Assembly: GCA_013239625.1 (NCBI GenBank)
Contig: MU056000.1
Span: forward strand, 1,612,001-1,676,000
Length of the DNA: 64,000 nucleotides
Reading direction: 5' to 3'
Source: Lama guanicoe
Lineage: Eukaryota
Position 1 is the first letter of the stretch, and the number at the start of each line of letters is the position of its first letter. Below are positions 11,978 through 25,300 of the stretch, piece after piece. A model generated the notes under the pieces. The model made no database searches. It was given only the letters and a program-made list of their open reading frames with translations, and had not been told where the DNA came from. The position numbers were made by a program, and so were the translations under genes.

Positions 11978-14352
11978 GAGGTGGCAATCCGGAGGCATGG
12001 GGAGCGGCGGAAAGCTCCCAGAAGTTCCTCCAAGCTTTGTGGGAAGAACGCCGCCTCCCCACGCAGGTCCCCGCAAGGGCAGGACGTCCTGGCGCTCGCC
12101 TTGCAGCCCAGCCGTGCCCCGCGCAGGCCGCGGGGGCCTCTCCCCCCGGGTCCCCGATGCAGGCACCGGACGATCGCGTCTAAGGATGCCCGAGCGAGAC
12201 CTCGGAAACGGATCTCATGGTAAAGTGCGCAGTTTCAGGAGTTATACGACCTGCTGTTTCTCCTCATCAGCTTCAAAATAGACCACAGCAGCTTCTTGGG
12301 GCAAAGTCTCAAGCTAACCTCAGCTCATCCCTATGGAAAAATCCCGATAGCGCAGAACCATGCGTTTGTGGGAAGCTAGGTTTTCAAAGCTAAGGAAGAG
12401 CTGGAATTTGGGTGACGACTCGGGTAACCTTATCAAACGCTTTGCTCTCTGTTTTCTACCCCATACAACATTGGTGAGGACTTCTCAGCACGAAAGAAAT
12501 CGAAATACCAGAAAGGTGCGAGTGCAAACTGCCCTCAGGTCTCTGATGTGTCAGTGCGTTTTAACGAGTCTCTTAAGTGACTTTCAAACGTCCTCTGATG
12601 TAATTCGAAGGTCACTCGCATCCGATGAGGATAGTTTCTCAGCTGCAAGCAGTGTGTACCTGGCAGGTCCCGCGGGTCCTCGCACGTCAGGACAATAAGG
12701 GAGGCCAGAAAGCCACCAAGCCACAATGACTCTCGGCCTGTGCGCAGCCCCACACCTGCCACGCTGGCTTCCAACAGGTTCAACAGAGCATCTTGCAGAG
12801 CCGTCACACACCCTCAGCCCCATCTCCTGCCCATACTGTGAATTCTATTTAAGATTCAAAACTAGGAAGGAACCCGAAGGGCGCTGCCCTGGAGCTCTCG
12901 CAGGAGGTCCCTGGGTTCAGATCCTTGGCCCTCACCCATGGCAGGCGCTGCTCTGTCACCCGCTCCAGGTTCAGTAGAGTCACTGGGACCTTAGGCACTG
13001 CCCTCCCGTGACTGCTGGCTGGGCGTGGGGGGGCTTTCCAACAGGACTCGCCGGGTTCAGAACCTGGACCCAGGCTTACGTCACAAACGGCCACCATCGG
13101 CAGAGGGCCAGAGCAGGTGGCCTTGGCTCCGCTGTCCCCTGGTCGCCGTCCATTCTGATTCTCGCACGGTGCCCACATTCACGATGACATAAGGCGGACC
13201 AGCGTGAGCCGCACCAGCTCTCGTCCCAGCTCCAAATCACCGTCATTTCAAGGCGATGGCGCCGTTTTCCTCGGAAAGATGATGAGACAGGAGGTCTGGG
13301 AACGCGCCTCGGTTTCCACAGAGCTGCGTTCACCCCACCACGTCCCACGTGGTGCACACACCGTTCTTTGTGACCTGGTGGTGCAGGCGGATCCAGGAGA
13401 CAGCCTTTAATGCTGGGCGTGAACTTTCTCCGTGCTGCACGTCACACAGCCCAGTGCTCCCCCTGTGCGTTCTCTGTCACACTTGTCGGGACGTGCTCAA
13501 GGTCACTTCCACGATCGGCTCTCAGATCTGGGGGCAGGGATCACGCCGTCTCCGGCTGCGGGTCACTCTGTCCTCAGGGTCAGATGGCGGGCGCCGGGCG
13601 CAGACCGGCATTCGAGGCACCGCTGACCTGTATTAGAAGGAAGACTCCCGGAGAAGTAAAGGGACGAAGGTCCGTGACTTCAGGGTTGATCTCTCTTCTT
13701 TAAATCTTTCTATCTCCCAGTTTCTTATTTTTGAAACTGAGTTCAAGAAAAGAGAAAGGGGGAAGGGAGGCCAGGAGGGAAGTCAGCCAAGTTCAGAAGA
13801 AGGGACACTGTCTAGGAACGTCTCCATTCTTGCTCTATCTGGCTTCACGGCTTGAAGACATGAGGACCTTCACGCGGGAGGCAGTGACATTCCAGGACTG
13901 TCTCGTGAGATGTGAATAGAAGTCCTAGGCTGATGGCACCCCCGACGGGACCCCCAGAAGCTCAGGGCATCCTGCCTGGCCTGTCTCATTTTGGGGCAGC
14001 ACAAGGAAATTAGTGCACTGAAGACCAGCATTTTTCTGCAGCGACCAGTTTAACGTGGTCCAGCCCAGTTTCTCAAACGCTCTAACCATGGAGGCTGTCA
14101 CTGAGGAGTGGCCCCGGGAGCCCGGGGGGGGCTGCCCTGAGCTCTCACCTCAAACCCCCGCTGGCCCTGCCCCCACTGCCCGAGGTGCACATTTCCCTCC
14201 TCAGGTGCCCAAGGGCCCCCGAATTCCAGGCCCCCCTTCAGCCACCGTGCACGCTGCCCCTGGAGTCCTAACCTCCCCAGTAGCACTTTAAAGGCCTGAC
14301 CAGTCGAGTGATTCTCATGTTTCCGTATTTTTGTTTATTTTTCTGTCTATTT

Positions 14353-14490
14353 CATGCATTCTCCAAGGGGGTGATATTATCCCAAAGAGGGTAAAAATTG
14401 GCTCTTAGGGGACAAAAAGCCTTACTCTTTTTAGACACAAAGCACTAATACGCCCATAATACATCAGCTGAGACACTGCACATCTCCAGC
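14353..14490. mobile_element. Probable hAT-type non-autonomous DNA transposon remnant (family not assigned)
   Basis: CATGCATTCTCCAAGGGGGTGATATTATCCCAAAGAGGGTAAAAATTGGCTCTTAGGGG resembles the terminus of old eutherian hAT MITEs, from memory only. Confidence 0.4.
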
Positions 14491-15519
14491 GTCGGGTTTT
14501 ACTCAGGCCGTGACCAGGGAGAGAGCCCTGCAGACCTGCTGCTGCAGGGGCGGCGGTGAGAAGTCAGGCCGGGAGGCGCTGCCCCTCTTCCTCCGCCAAA
14601 TTGTGCACAAAGCGCATCTGACTCTCCTGGTAACTGTAGCCCATATTCTTGTTGTGTGTATGTGCACACACTCACAGGCAGGCTCACACACACCCTCACA
14701 AGCACACACGCAGTGCTTTTGTATTTAGCTGCTACACTGTTTGCTGGAAAAAGGGTAAGAGTGTTGCGGTAACTCCCTCACCTGCCGGGTCTCCGCTTCC
14801 GCTGCATTTAAAACTAATGTTTCTATTCTGCTTTGAGTCGCTTTGATTTCACTGGTGAGCGTTGGCCCGTGTCTTTATTTTCCGTTCTCCCTTGTCACTC
14901 AATTTTGCAGAACTTCTCACTAACCAGAGCTGGGCTTCATGTTATGAGCCGACCGGGCGCCCTCGGAGCCTTGACGTAGCTGTTGAGTCTGGTGGCACCA
15001 CCGTGAGAACTGAGGGGCTGGGCTGCACGTTTTTAAGTTTTTAATTCTACTCCATGATGTTCTTTCCCATGAGGTTTGTGGTTTTTTCTTTTTTTCCTGT
15101 TTCAAGCATCTTTAGATCGTGCGTGTATCTACAAACGTCATGGTTATCACCGCACATCAGGATGCACTTCTACAGCCTGTCACGCTCTCCCCACCTCCGT
15201 CTCTCCCTGCCTTGAAACTCCTGATTCAGCTGTCATTTGGTGAACCGCCTCGTGATTACATTCCTTACACAGCAAAGACAGTGACATTCTCTCCTCTTGG
15301 CACCCTCACGTTCAGAGTCACTTTCAACTGTCTTGAAAGATGAGCAGCATCTCAGCTGAGGATACAGACTCCTCACCTCCCACTCTCTGCTCTGCTTTCC
15401 TCTAGTCCTGCAGAGGAGAAGTCTGGTGCCGCCCCAAGGCCTCCCCCTGGAAGAAAGCTGCGCTTTCTGTCTTGAAATTGCTAGAAACGTTGGAGTTACA
15501 ATTAAACAGTAACAATTAA

Positions 15520-15960
15520 AATATAAAATCCACCTCCTGTATAATCTAGCATTCTGGTTCGGGGAAATTTACGATATATAAATGAAAGCATAACTCTGAG
15601 AAATGCTTCTTTAGAATAGACTCAAGTCTGACCAGCAATGACACACTGACGTTGTGAAGTATAATGCAGCCTTGGTAAAGGTGGCCGGAAGATATGTCGT
15701 GTGAAGAAGGAGGAATTGTAGAGACAAGCATTCGTATGTGCGTGCTGTGGAGGGAAGGCCATTCCACTGGGGTATCGGTGCTCCACTGAGCTAGGTGGAC
15801 AGAGGTCGTGGAAAGTGCCCCCATGTGTTGCTGATGGGGGGGCAGTGGAGGAAGAGAGCCCTCCCTGACGTGCCTTTGGGTGGTTCCAGTTGTTACAATG
15901 GACATGTTTATTGTGCGATTTTAAAAATAAAGTAAACTATATCTAAAAGGAAATAAAATT
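15520..15960 (+). mobile_element. Old LINE-1 (L1ME-like) 3' remnant
   Basis: Degenerate TATAATCTAGCATTCTGG...GGAAATTTAC motif, a purine-rich middle, and an ending in CATGTTTATTGTGCGATTTTAAAAATAAAG plus A-rich tail, typical of decayed L1M 3' UTRs. Confidence 0.5.
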
Positions 15961-16059
15961 CACTTTAACCAAGTGATCTTCCACCTGGAAACCGTCAATG
16001 ACAGAACTGAATTGGATCATTCAGAACATGTCATGCGAGACCCTCACATCCGATGTCTA

Positions 16060-16450
16060 GTCCCCTCCCCAGACATAGCTCCACCAGCTCTGACCCATGG
16101 GTCCCAGCCTGTGAAAAACTGTCCCCTGTTCTCAAGCATGGTTTAAATCTCTCCTTCTCCTAACTGATTTCAACATGTTGGCTTGATTTCTTCCTCCTAT
16201 GAAAACTTTAGAAAATTTTATCTGTGCTCTCTAGGGGGCAATTAATCCCAGACCACCCTGTGTCATTGTCTGGTTTAGACAACTATCTCCAGTTTAGACA
16301 CATCTGAATTTTCATACACCAACCACTTGCGTCCCCAACTGTGTTGCAAGTTCATGAGGGTAAGAACTGTATCTTGGAAACAGCAGGCTTATAACAGTGC
16401 ATCACAGGCAATGGAAGTCAGTACACAAATCGATCAATAGTTATTGGGTG
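16060..16450 (+). mobile_element. LINE-2 3' remnant
   Basis: GCAAGTTCATGAGGGTAAGAACTGTATCTT ... ACAGTGC ... TCAATAGTTATTGGGTGA resembles the L2 3' terminus. Confidence 0.5.
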
Positions 16451-19280
16451 ATCTGCTGGGCAGCTAGATGGGATGGCAGGATCTTACAGGTCTTTCTGCT
16501 CGCAGGACTCCCGCAGAACATGATGCATTCACTGGGCGGCATTCAACCAAAATATCAGCCCTGGCTACTCTGATATTTCCTGCTCAAAAATATATTACAT
16601 AGCATGTCAAATAGACACATTTATGAACAACTATCAGTGTATTAAAAACATAGAGCAATAGAAAGATAGATATTTTAAGATAAAAAGATTTTTCAGGTCT
16701 TAAGGTAAATGTTTACTGTGCAAAACAATGAGACTGCAATTCGGAAAAGCCAATTCCAAACAGCAGTAAGTGCCTAGGCTGCGTCACTCGGCTTATTGCC
16801 TGAACACAGAGGTGGTCAACGGTTTGTTTTTTTTTTTCCTTGTCTGTAACTTAGAAATATGAAGTTAAATCCTTGGATTTAAAATTTTAAAAAGCTAATA
16901 AATCAGCAACAGATAAACAAATGGGCAAGCAAACAACACAGAATTTAAAATAACATTTTATCGAAATCCCCCTGTGACACGCAGCAGCACGTGGCTTTCA
17001 GGCCGTGGACGCCTCCAGCGGCCCCTGCCTGACCCTTCAAGGCTTGGTGCGCGTCCCCCGCACCGTGACTCCCCCCGCCGCCTCTTCACACGCGACCTTT
17101 GTCTCCATGGCTCTAGAGGACGTTCAAGGACTTCATTGTCTGCAGGCTACACAGCTGGTATGTTTCCTGACGTTTTTCCGCTGAACATTGTCCAACATGA
17201 AAGACGACGTTTATAACGATGAAATTTGGGAACCCCAGCCCATCTCTGTGTGCCAAGTGGCCAGTGCAGAGCACACGTCCACAGCTAACTTAACCTCTTT
17301 TTTTTAATAAGTGCTTGCAGGTGTATTTTTAATCTTTGGGTTTCAAAAAGCTGCCCAGATCTACCGAGGTGTTCATCCTATGTCTGCGCATCCCCGCTCA
17401 GCAGCGCCCACCCTGGCCCTTCTCACCCCACGAGGGAGGGATATAGGGAGTCACTCACACAGCTACCCTTTTGTTCTGCTCTGTCTTCCCTCCCCCTACG
17501 TTAAAAGCTCCCCTCCTGGGGTCTCCCCCAGCCCCCAGTCCACTGTGAGTGTTACTGGGGGTCCCTCGGTGCCTGGAAGGGCTCCCACCCCATCCTCTGC
17601 CTCCGTCTGAATGAATAAACAGCCTGATCAGTGGACCCGAGAGAACTCAGTGTCCATTCAGGAGTCGGGGATGCTCCTCCAACACCTGGATGCCAATGAC
17701 CCCGAACACATGAGGTCTCCGGCCTGTCCCCCGCGCTGCCCTGCAGGGCCCCAGGAATTTTATCTGCATTTGTTGCCGATCAGTGGGTGTTGTTGGGAAT
17801 GAAAGGATAAATTCACCACGAAATCGTTGTTCAAGTATCACTTCTCTTCCGGTTCCTTTCGGTTCTGTGAGCGGCCCACACCGGGGTTCCTTCTAAGGGT
17901 CTGAAATGCCTCCCTTTGCGTCGAGGGCTAGTTCTACCAAGGAAGCCTGGTCGCCGCAGCTCCGCGCAGCCCTGGCCCCCCATGCCAGGCGAAACGCTGC
18001 ATCTGGACACAGGGGGAGCCTTCGCCTGCATGCCCGCGGTCCCCCTGGTCCGCCTTGACTTCCAGCTGGCCTTGCCCGCCGGAAACACCATGCCCGAGAG
18101 GCCCTGAGAGACAGATGCCAGGGCTGGTTTTACAGCCGCCCCGTGAGGCTCCCGTGGTGAGGCCTTGAGAAGAATTCTAAACAGACGTGCGAGGGGGTCC
18201 TAACCTAGATGTATGAAGCTCACTGATGAAGCAGCGTTTTCACAAAACGCGCGCCAGCAACCATAACAGGTGGGCCTGTCTGGGAGGCAAGGGGACGCTG
18301 GTGGCCGCTCCCAACCCTGCACCCTCAGTGGATCAAAGGGATAACCTCCCTTCACACCACGTGTACGTATGGACGGTTGGCGGGTGGCCCTGCTCATCCA
18401 TCCAGGTCACTCAGGACCCAGGCTGACGGAGGCCCCGTGTCTTCACACACTCCCTTTGCCGCAGGTGGGGGGGGCTTCTCACACACGGGCTCTGAGAATG
18501 TCCACGTGGACCGTGTGGCTCCGTGAGGCCACGTGGCACTGTGCCCTGCTCCACACGCCTGCTCAGTGGGTCAGGGGAGCGATGCCCCGCGTGGGTCCTT
18601 ATGGAGAATCAGCGTGTTTATTGGCTCAGTAGACTTCACTGTCAGAAGAAATAAACATGGGAGATAAAGGGATCGCAGGTGAGAAAGCAGCAACAAAGAG
18701 CGTTTACACCATCAGAAAAAGACAATAAAGTCAAAGCACGTTTCAAAACAGGATATGCATTGTGCTTCGCTTTCTAAGAAACTAATTAACGTAACTTTCT
18801 GAATCAGTGCTACTCAAGAGTAACCTATAGTTTCAGACGTCCCTCTAATGTATTCAGTGTAAAGTTTGGTGAGAAACGTGTCTGCAAAAGGTGACTTCCC
18901 GAACGCCGCGTTCGGGAGCCAAGTTCCTAGACGTCCTCTCCCGCGCTGCCCTTATCTGGGCTTTTCTGAACACGCCCTAAGAACCTCTGGCATGTTTTAA
19001 CGGCAGGTTGAGTGGTAGCCACGGGACCTGCTATCCTGCTGGGTGACGGGGCATCGAACCGACAGGCTGTGATATGGAAGGTGTGTAATGGCTGCTCGTG
19101 TGATGTGGTCACGCACATTTTACTCAGATCTGTGCAGGGACAAACCGATACACTGTGGGCAAAAGTTGTTTGTGACCCATGCTTCCAGCTCACAAACCGA
19201 GAGAACGCCTGGAATGAAAATGTTGACAATGAGCTTCCCCAGCCTGTCGGTGACACGGAGTATACACAGGACTTCACACA

Positions 19281-19315
19281 GGCGGGGCGGCGGGGCGGCG
19301 GGGCGGGAAGAGGGG
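19281..19315 (+). promoter_or_regulatory. Three tandem GC boxes (GGCGGGGC x3) forming a potential G-quadruplex
   Basis: GGCGGGGCGGCGGGGCGGCGGGGCGGGAAGAGGGG has five G-runs of 3 or more. Function not demonstrated. Confidence 0.4.
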
Positions 19316-22300
19316 CCGCGGGCCAGGGCAGCTGACAGGCGCTTTGGTTTGTAGGGACACGGTTTTGGCTTCAACGGCAGCTTACATCACTGAGCACCAG
19401 GAAGCCTCGCGGAATTAAGCACACTGTTGTCCTGAGACGACTGCTTCTGTGGACCAGTGCCCCGAGGCCTTTTCAGTCACACTAGCTAATTTTTAAAACA
19501 ATCAAACCAGTTTTTAATGATTCTGTAGATAATTGAGGGGGGTCCTCCCCTTTTTTATGGTTTAAGCCACAGAGTTGAGGAATCTTCCTTAAAAGGAAGC
19601 AAACACTCCTTGTCCGTCAGTAGATGAATGGAGACAGAGAAGGCACACATGGCTTCAATTCTCTGGACAGAGTGAGAAGAATTTGCCTTTAAAAAAGATT
19701 TTAAAAGCGGAATCACAGAGAGAATTTATCAGAGGCACATTTGAGAAAGCTGCGAGTCTGGGACAGAACTTGGAAGGTGATTCCTTGAACTCCGAGCATC
19801 TTGGAAGGAGGGTGTGGGGCCGAGGACCTCGTGGAAATCGCCAAGGAGACTTGGGACGCTCCTGCTGTGACCGGGCTGAAGCTGGTGCCTGAGTGACGGT
19901 GGAGAGTTGAAAGGAGGCCCAGCGAAACCCCGAGGCTGCGGAGAAACCGCCGGTTGTTATTTCCGACAGTCAGACTGCTGGAAGCCCTCTCTTTCTGAGC
20001 ATCCGCAGAAACAGAAATTGCAAAGCCCACTTCCAAGACGGAGAGGCACGAGGCGCAGACCTCCAGTGGACTCGCTCTGGTTCTTGGCCTGCGGTGCTCT
20101 CCGGCCCGAGAAGGCCTCGGAGGGGAGGGTGTGAGTCTCGAAGACGAGCCCTCTGGAAGGCGGTGGTAAAGCCCTGGCCAAGCGCGGCCCACGCCTCCCC
20201 CACCCCCACGGCGTTAGCAGCCCTGCTCAGCCGTCAGGAATCTTCCCAGCCCCCGAGCCTCTGACTCACTTCCTTTCCAAAGCTCGTCCTTCTGTTCACG
20301 TCCGCTTGAGACTGACTGTAAACTTCACTTCTGTCGGCACCGAGGAACGTGCACGTCATTTAGTGCCGGCTTCAGCCCCTGCCGTCCGCCCCTTTGCGAA
20401 TCCGCCCTTCACACTCCCCCAGCCAGCATTTTGGTTGATCTTCCGAGAAGCAGTGACTTTTCTGGCTCTCTGAGAAGATCTCAGGAACAAACTGACCGAG
20501 AGTCAGATGGAGCAGCGTGCCACGGACTTGGTCCTGCTGTTCGGTTTTAATTTCCAGACCCCAGTCCTGTTTCAGATTCGCATCTCATCTTCATCAAGGT
20601 GGGCACACATCGCGGGACACACGTCCCAGATGAGGAGCCTGGGGCATTGGAAGTGACGGGAAATCTTACCTTCGCACCGACGGTGCCCCGCCAAGTCCAG
20701 AGTCAGCTCCACAGGAGGCTGAACTTCCTGTTCGGCATCTTCGCGAGTTAGTCACCTGTTTTCTCATCTTGGAGTGTCGACATCGTGTCCATGTGATGCG
20801 GGGAGGAGGCTCGGGGACTGACCCCACTTGCTGTTGCTCACGCTGTTGTTAATTTCATTTGCCTGAAACAAGGAGGAGACACCAAGAAGCTCTCTCAGGG
20901 ACACCAGGCTGGGCTGGCACGTGCCGGCAGAAGGGCTTCAGGTCACAGGGGCCAAACAGCCCTTCACCTGAGGGGCCCCCCAGAAGCCACACCCAGAAGC
21001 CTCGGGTTCTGGCAGGCAGACCATCACACCAGCTCACGGACTCTCCATCCTGACATCCTTCGAGGGCGGAGGACCATCTGCTCTCCCTCCTCACCCCACC
21101 AGTTAGACGGGAGGGACCAGAGGAGCTGGCTGCGGAGCACGTGGCAAACGGGCACACACACCAGGAGGAAGTGGCCCTAGCAGCCCCCAGGAAGGCAGGC
21201 TGGGAAGCAGGGACCCCAAGCCCCTGAGGAACCGGGATCCCCAACCCTGCGGTGCCCAAAGGCCAACGTGAGCTGGGATGTGGGCACACCCAGGGAGTGG
21301 GACCCAGAGGCGCAGCGCATGGCAGCCCGGCGCACGGCTCTGATGGCCTGCCCTGGTGCGCATGGCCCCTGTTGCAGGTCTGTGCGGGCCTCTCACAGCC
21401 ACTGAGTCAGAGCCTAAGTCACTGAATGTCCACCCTGCACCTGGACAGGCCCTGGTCTTCTTCCTGAAAGGCTGGCAGGGAAGGGGGATGTCTGGGGAGG
21501 GGGCCCAACAGGTACGAAGTGCACTGAAACTCGGTGGTTTTAAGCGCGTCCTCCAGTCCACGTACAATAATCTCACTGCCGTCTTCCGTGCTTCATCCAA
21601 GGTCTTTCCAGGGTGTCTGGAATCTGACTCTGCATCACACTCTCGTCTTTAAACAAATTAGAACCTAAGTTTACTTTTTCAGGAGCTTCATGCAATTCCC
21701 AGTGCAAAGGGGGAACCTGCCCCTTTTGAGGCGCTAGTCGCTCTGACCCACTGTTCTAGGTGCTTCCAGACAGAATCATGCAGCGCTCCGCAGCCCAGGG
21801 GGGGTTCTCTATTTGGGGGGAAGTAAAGTGCAAGCCAGGGTCCTCAGGCCTCCCAGCACATCGACTGTCCCCTAGGCCCCTGGACAGGTGGCCCGGGGCT
21901 CCCGCAGCCCTCAGGGGTTCTCCCCTGGCTTCTAGACCAAGTGTTCTTCCATCAGCCAAGGTCCCCATAAAAGCAGCCGAGACCCCAGGGGTCTGCGCAG
22001 CCCAGCGAGGGCTGGGGCAGAGACGCCAACTGCAGGGCCGGAGCAAGCCGGCGTCTTCCCCTGGAATAGCCCCCCCCCGGGGGACAGATGGAAGGCCACA
22101 TGAGCTGATTTATGGGCTAAAATTCCGTTTCCCTCTGCTTCACTGATTTCATACTTGTTGTAATTATGGAAAATTCTTTTAAACAGGCTGTAAAAAGACG
22201 CTGTTTCATTGGGGGGTTGAGGGTTGGGGCCCCTGGCACTCAGCTGTTTTGCTCTGCAGCCCCGCCCAGCACCCCGAGATGGGGAGGGCACGGCCGTGGC

Positions 22301-25300
22301 CCCCGCTCTGCACGCTCAGGACACTCGCCCTCCCTGCCTGCTGTGTTCAGTGTGTTACCTTCACTGGATCAGCTCCAGACAGACATCCAAATTTAGCAAT
22401 CCTTTGCTCAGGCATGGCTGCTTGGAGGCACAGCCATCTCTTAATGATGCAAAAGAAAAAAAGGGGGCAGCACATTAAACACAATCTGATGGCGATCTGG
22501 AGTTGGGGCAATGTTGCTGACAGCTTAGAATGAAAGGAGATACACGACTGTCCACAATGTGTGTGCACAGAGCATGCTTGTTACAAACAGGCACAGGAGA
22601 TTACGTCTTTCCAATAAACCTGAGTTCCACCAGCAAACTACTGCGGGTGTGAACCGTCCAGGCCAGGTCACTCTCATAACTGGGCTGATGAGGAGGCGCG
22701 GGGGTCGGGGCTGGGGTGGAATATTAGACACACGGGTTAGGCGGGGGCTGCCAGGCCAGCTGAGGCCACCGCTTAATCTACTCTGTTATCCCAGCGTGGT
22801 CCTCGGGAGCCTAAATTGAACCCAAATTTTGAAGGATGGACAGGATGCCCCCAGTTAACCGAGTGATGTGAGTTCTGGGAAGACTTGCATGCTCCCCGTC
22901 CTCTCTCCTTCCTGGAAATGTTAGGCCTGTGAACGGTGTTCTCATCTCCTTCTCCCTCCATCAGGCATGCGAGGGGGGCCCTCGGAGCAGGGGCTCCCAG
23001 CAGCCAGAGTCCAGAGCCAGGCCGGTGGTCACCATGGCCCCGGCACCCAGGGCCGCCTCAGCAGAGTTAGCTCTTCGGCAGGAGGACGTGGCTGCACACC
23101 CGAATTTGCTCTCAGGGTGAAGTTCCTTCTTAATAAACTGCAGTTCTGGCTGTGACCCCTCCCCCCGCCGCCCCCGGAGGCCCTTCTCATCAACATGATA
23201 ACATCTACCCAGGTGCTGCAACAGAATTTAAAAATCGTGAATCTTAACCTGTCACCTAAGGGGAAAGGAGGAAAAAGGTTAAACAAGTTTGTGAAGAGCC
23301 TTCCCAGGTGTTATTTTGCAAGAGAGCTAATTGATGGTTCTGCCGTAACAGCTACAAGAGATAAAGGTCGTGTAAACGCTCCCGGCTGCAGGGGACCCGG
23401 GGTGTCCCGGGGGCAGTGTCCTCACCCAGGGACAGAGCCCCTGCCTTTCCTGACGGCTCTGAAGGCCTGAGCCGGAATCCCACAGGGGTCAAAGGAAGAT
23501 GCGCCCAGGGAGCAGAAAGCTAGGGAGCCGGGCGGCTCGGTCCAGGAGCCCCCAGCCGGGCCAAGGTCAAACCGGTAACTGCCACGCGGGAAGGAACTCG
23601 ACTCTGCTCCCTAGAGTCCATCCCGGCCCATCCCACGTCAGCTGCTAAAGGACACGCGCTCCAGCCCTTCTCAGTCTGAAGGCTGGTAACTCTCTTTGCA
23701 GAGGGTGAAGGGAGAGGAACGCCTTCCCCTGGTGGGGGAGGCCTTCCCCCCTCCATCCTCCCGGTCCCGCACAGCCCTGGGCCGCTGGGCCCCGAATGGG
23801 AGCCATAAAGCTGCGGGAGAACTGTCACACAAAAGCTCAAGTCCCATTTACAGTTTCATTGGTTTGACAAAAAGAACCCACGGGAGATTTTTCTCATTTT
23901 CGCCATCATCGAAAAATGAGCCTTTGCTTGAGTGAGGACCGCTGTGCGCACGGCTACGGCATCTCCCCCAGCTTAGGAGTCACGGGCACCAGACAACAGT
24001 TTCAAAAATTAAAGATGCTGGCGTTTCCATTCCCTCTTTCATCGTCCGTAACCTGGTCTTAACTGCACTTGCTTGGGGATTTTTTCTTGTGAAAATAGTG
24101 TTATGTGCGACATTCGGGCCCCCATGAAAGTGACGGAGCTGGCAGTGTCTCTGATGATGTGTGTTTGGAATCTATAAGCAGCCCCAGTGCAAGCACGTCC
24201 CGCGGCCACGGCGGGCGGAGGTAAGTGCGGTCAGATTTCAGCCACTGTTCAGGTCGCGCGCTCTTCTGTTTCACCACCTGCAAGCGCAGGCGCAAACCTC
24301 TGCCTGGTGAGCGGGGGGGGGGGGACGCTGCCCCCGGATCTGACTGCAGCGTGTCCCTTCATTAGGACAGACTCCCGTCAACCCTCGAAGGCCCAGGCTC
24401 CCCGCGACCACGCCGGCCCCCCCCACGCGGCCGGGGCGCTGAACTCCGACTTGCGTCGTGATCCTCGGAAGGCCTCTGGGGCCAGCCTTCTCTTTCTTGT
24501 CACCTCTGGAATTCAGCATCAGTTTATCAAAAGGCTCTCTCTCCAACTCAGCTCCAGAAAGCAGTGCTTGAAAGTTTATTTTTAAATAATTACATTGTTT
24601 CTTTTTGTCATTGTTCTCGTCATTCTTACAGCAGAGTGCTGGGTCCACGCGCTGGTCACGATCACAAAATTACTGGGCTTTGGGACGACTCACTAACAGA
24701 GCCCGTGTGCGGGGAGGGCCGCGAGCAGATGGCCCGGCCGGGCTTGGGAAATCTTCCTGTCGATTCTGGGCAACTCTAAGCAGCTCGCAATCTGAAATAA
24801 AACCTGCATAATCTTTCCAATTCTCTCCTTACAAAAGCAGAACAAAACCCCACGGGCAAAGCGATTTGGCAAAGAATGGCCTCCTCTAATAAAGACATCC
24901 GCGGGGTAAAGTGAACTGCCCGGGAGAGACCTTCTGGGGCAGAGCTGGGGGACACGTCCCAGACGCGAGGGGACAGATTTCGTGTGAACGATCAGCTTGC
25001 GAGCAGTTTTCCCCCAGGAATTAGGCACAGTGGTTTGAGGCTTCTTTCTTCAGTCTGTTTTACAAAAGCTCTTGTGACTGGGGGGTGAGTGCAGTGAACC
25101 CATTTCACAAGCACAATCGAGGGAACAGGTGTGGTACCCGGACAAAGCCCTGCAGAGGCTCTGCCTCCGGCAGGACGAGGAGGGAGCGCCTCTCCTCACT
25201 CGGCGTCGCCACGACGAGGGGTGCCCTCGGCCCCTGGGCCTGGACTCCCCGCCGATCCCTCTCCGGCAGCACCAGCAGGGCTGCTTGCTGCAGCCGCGCT

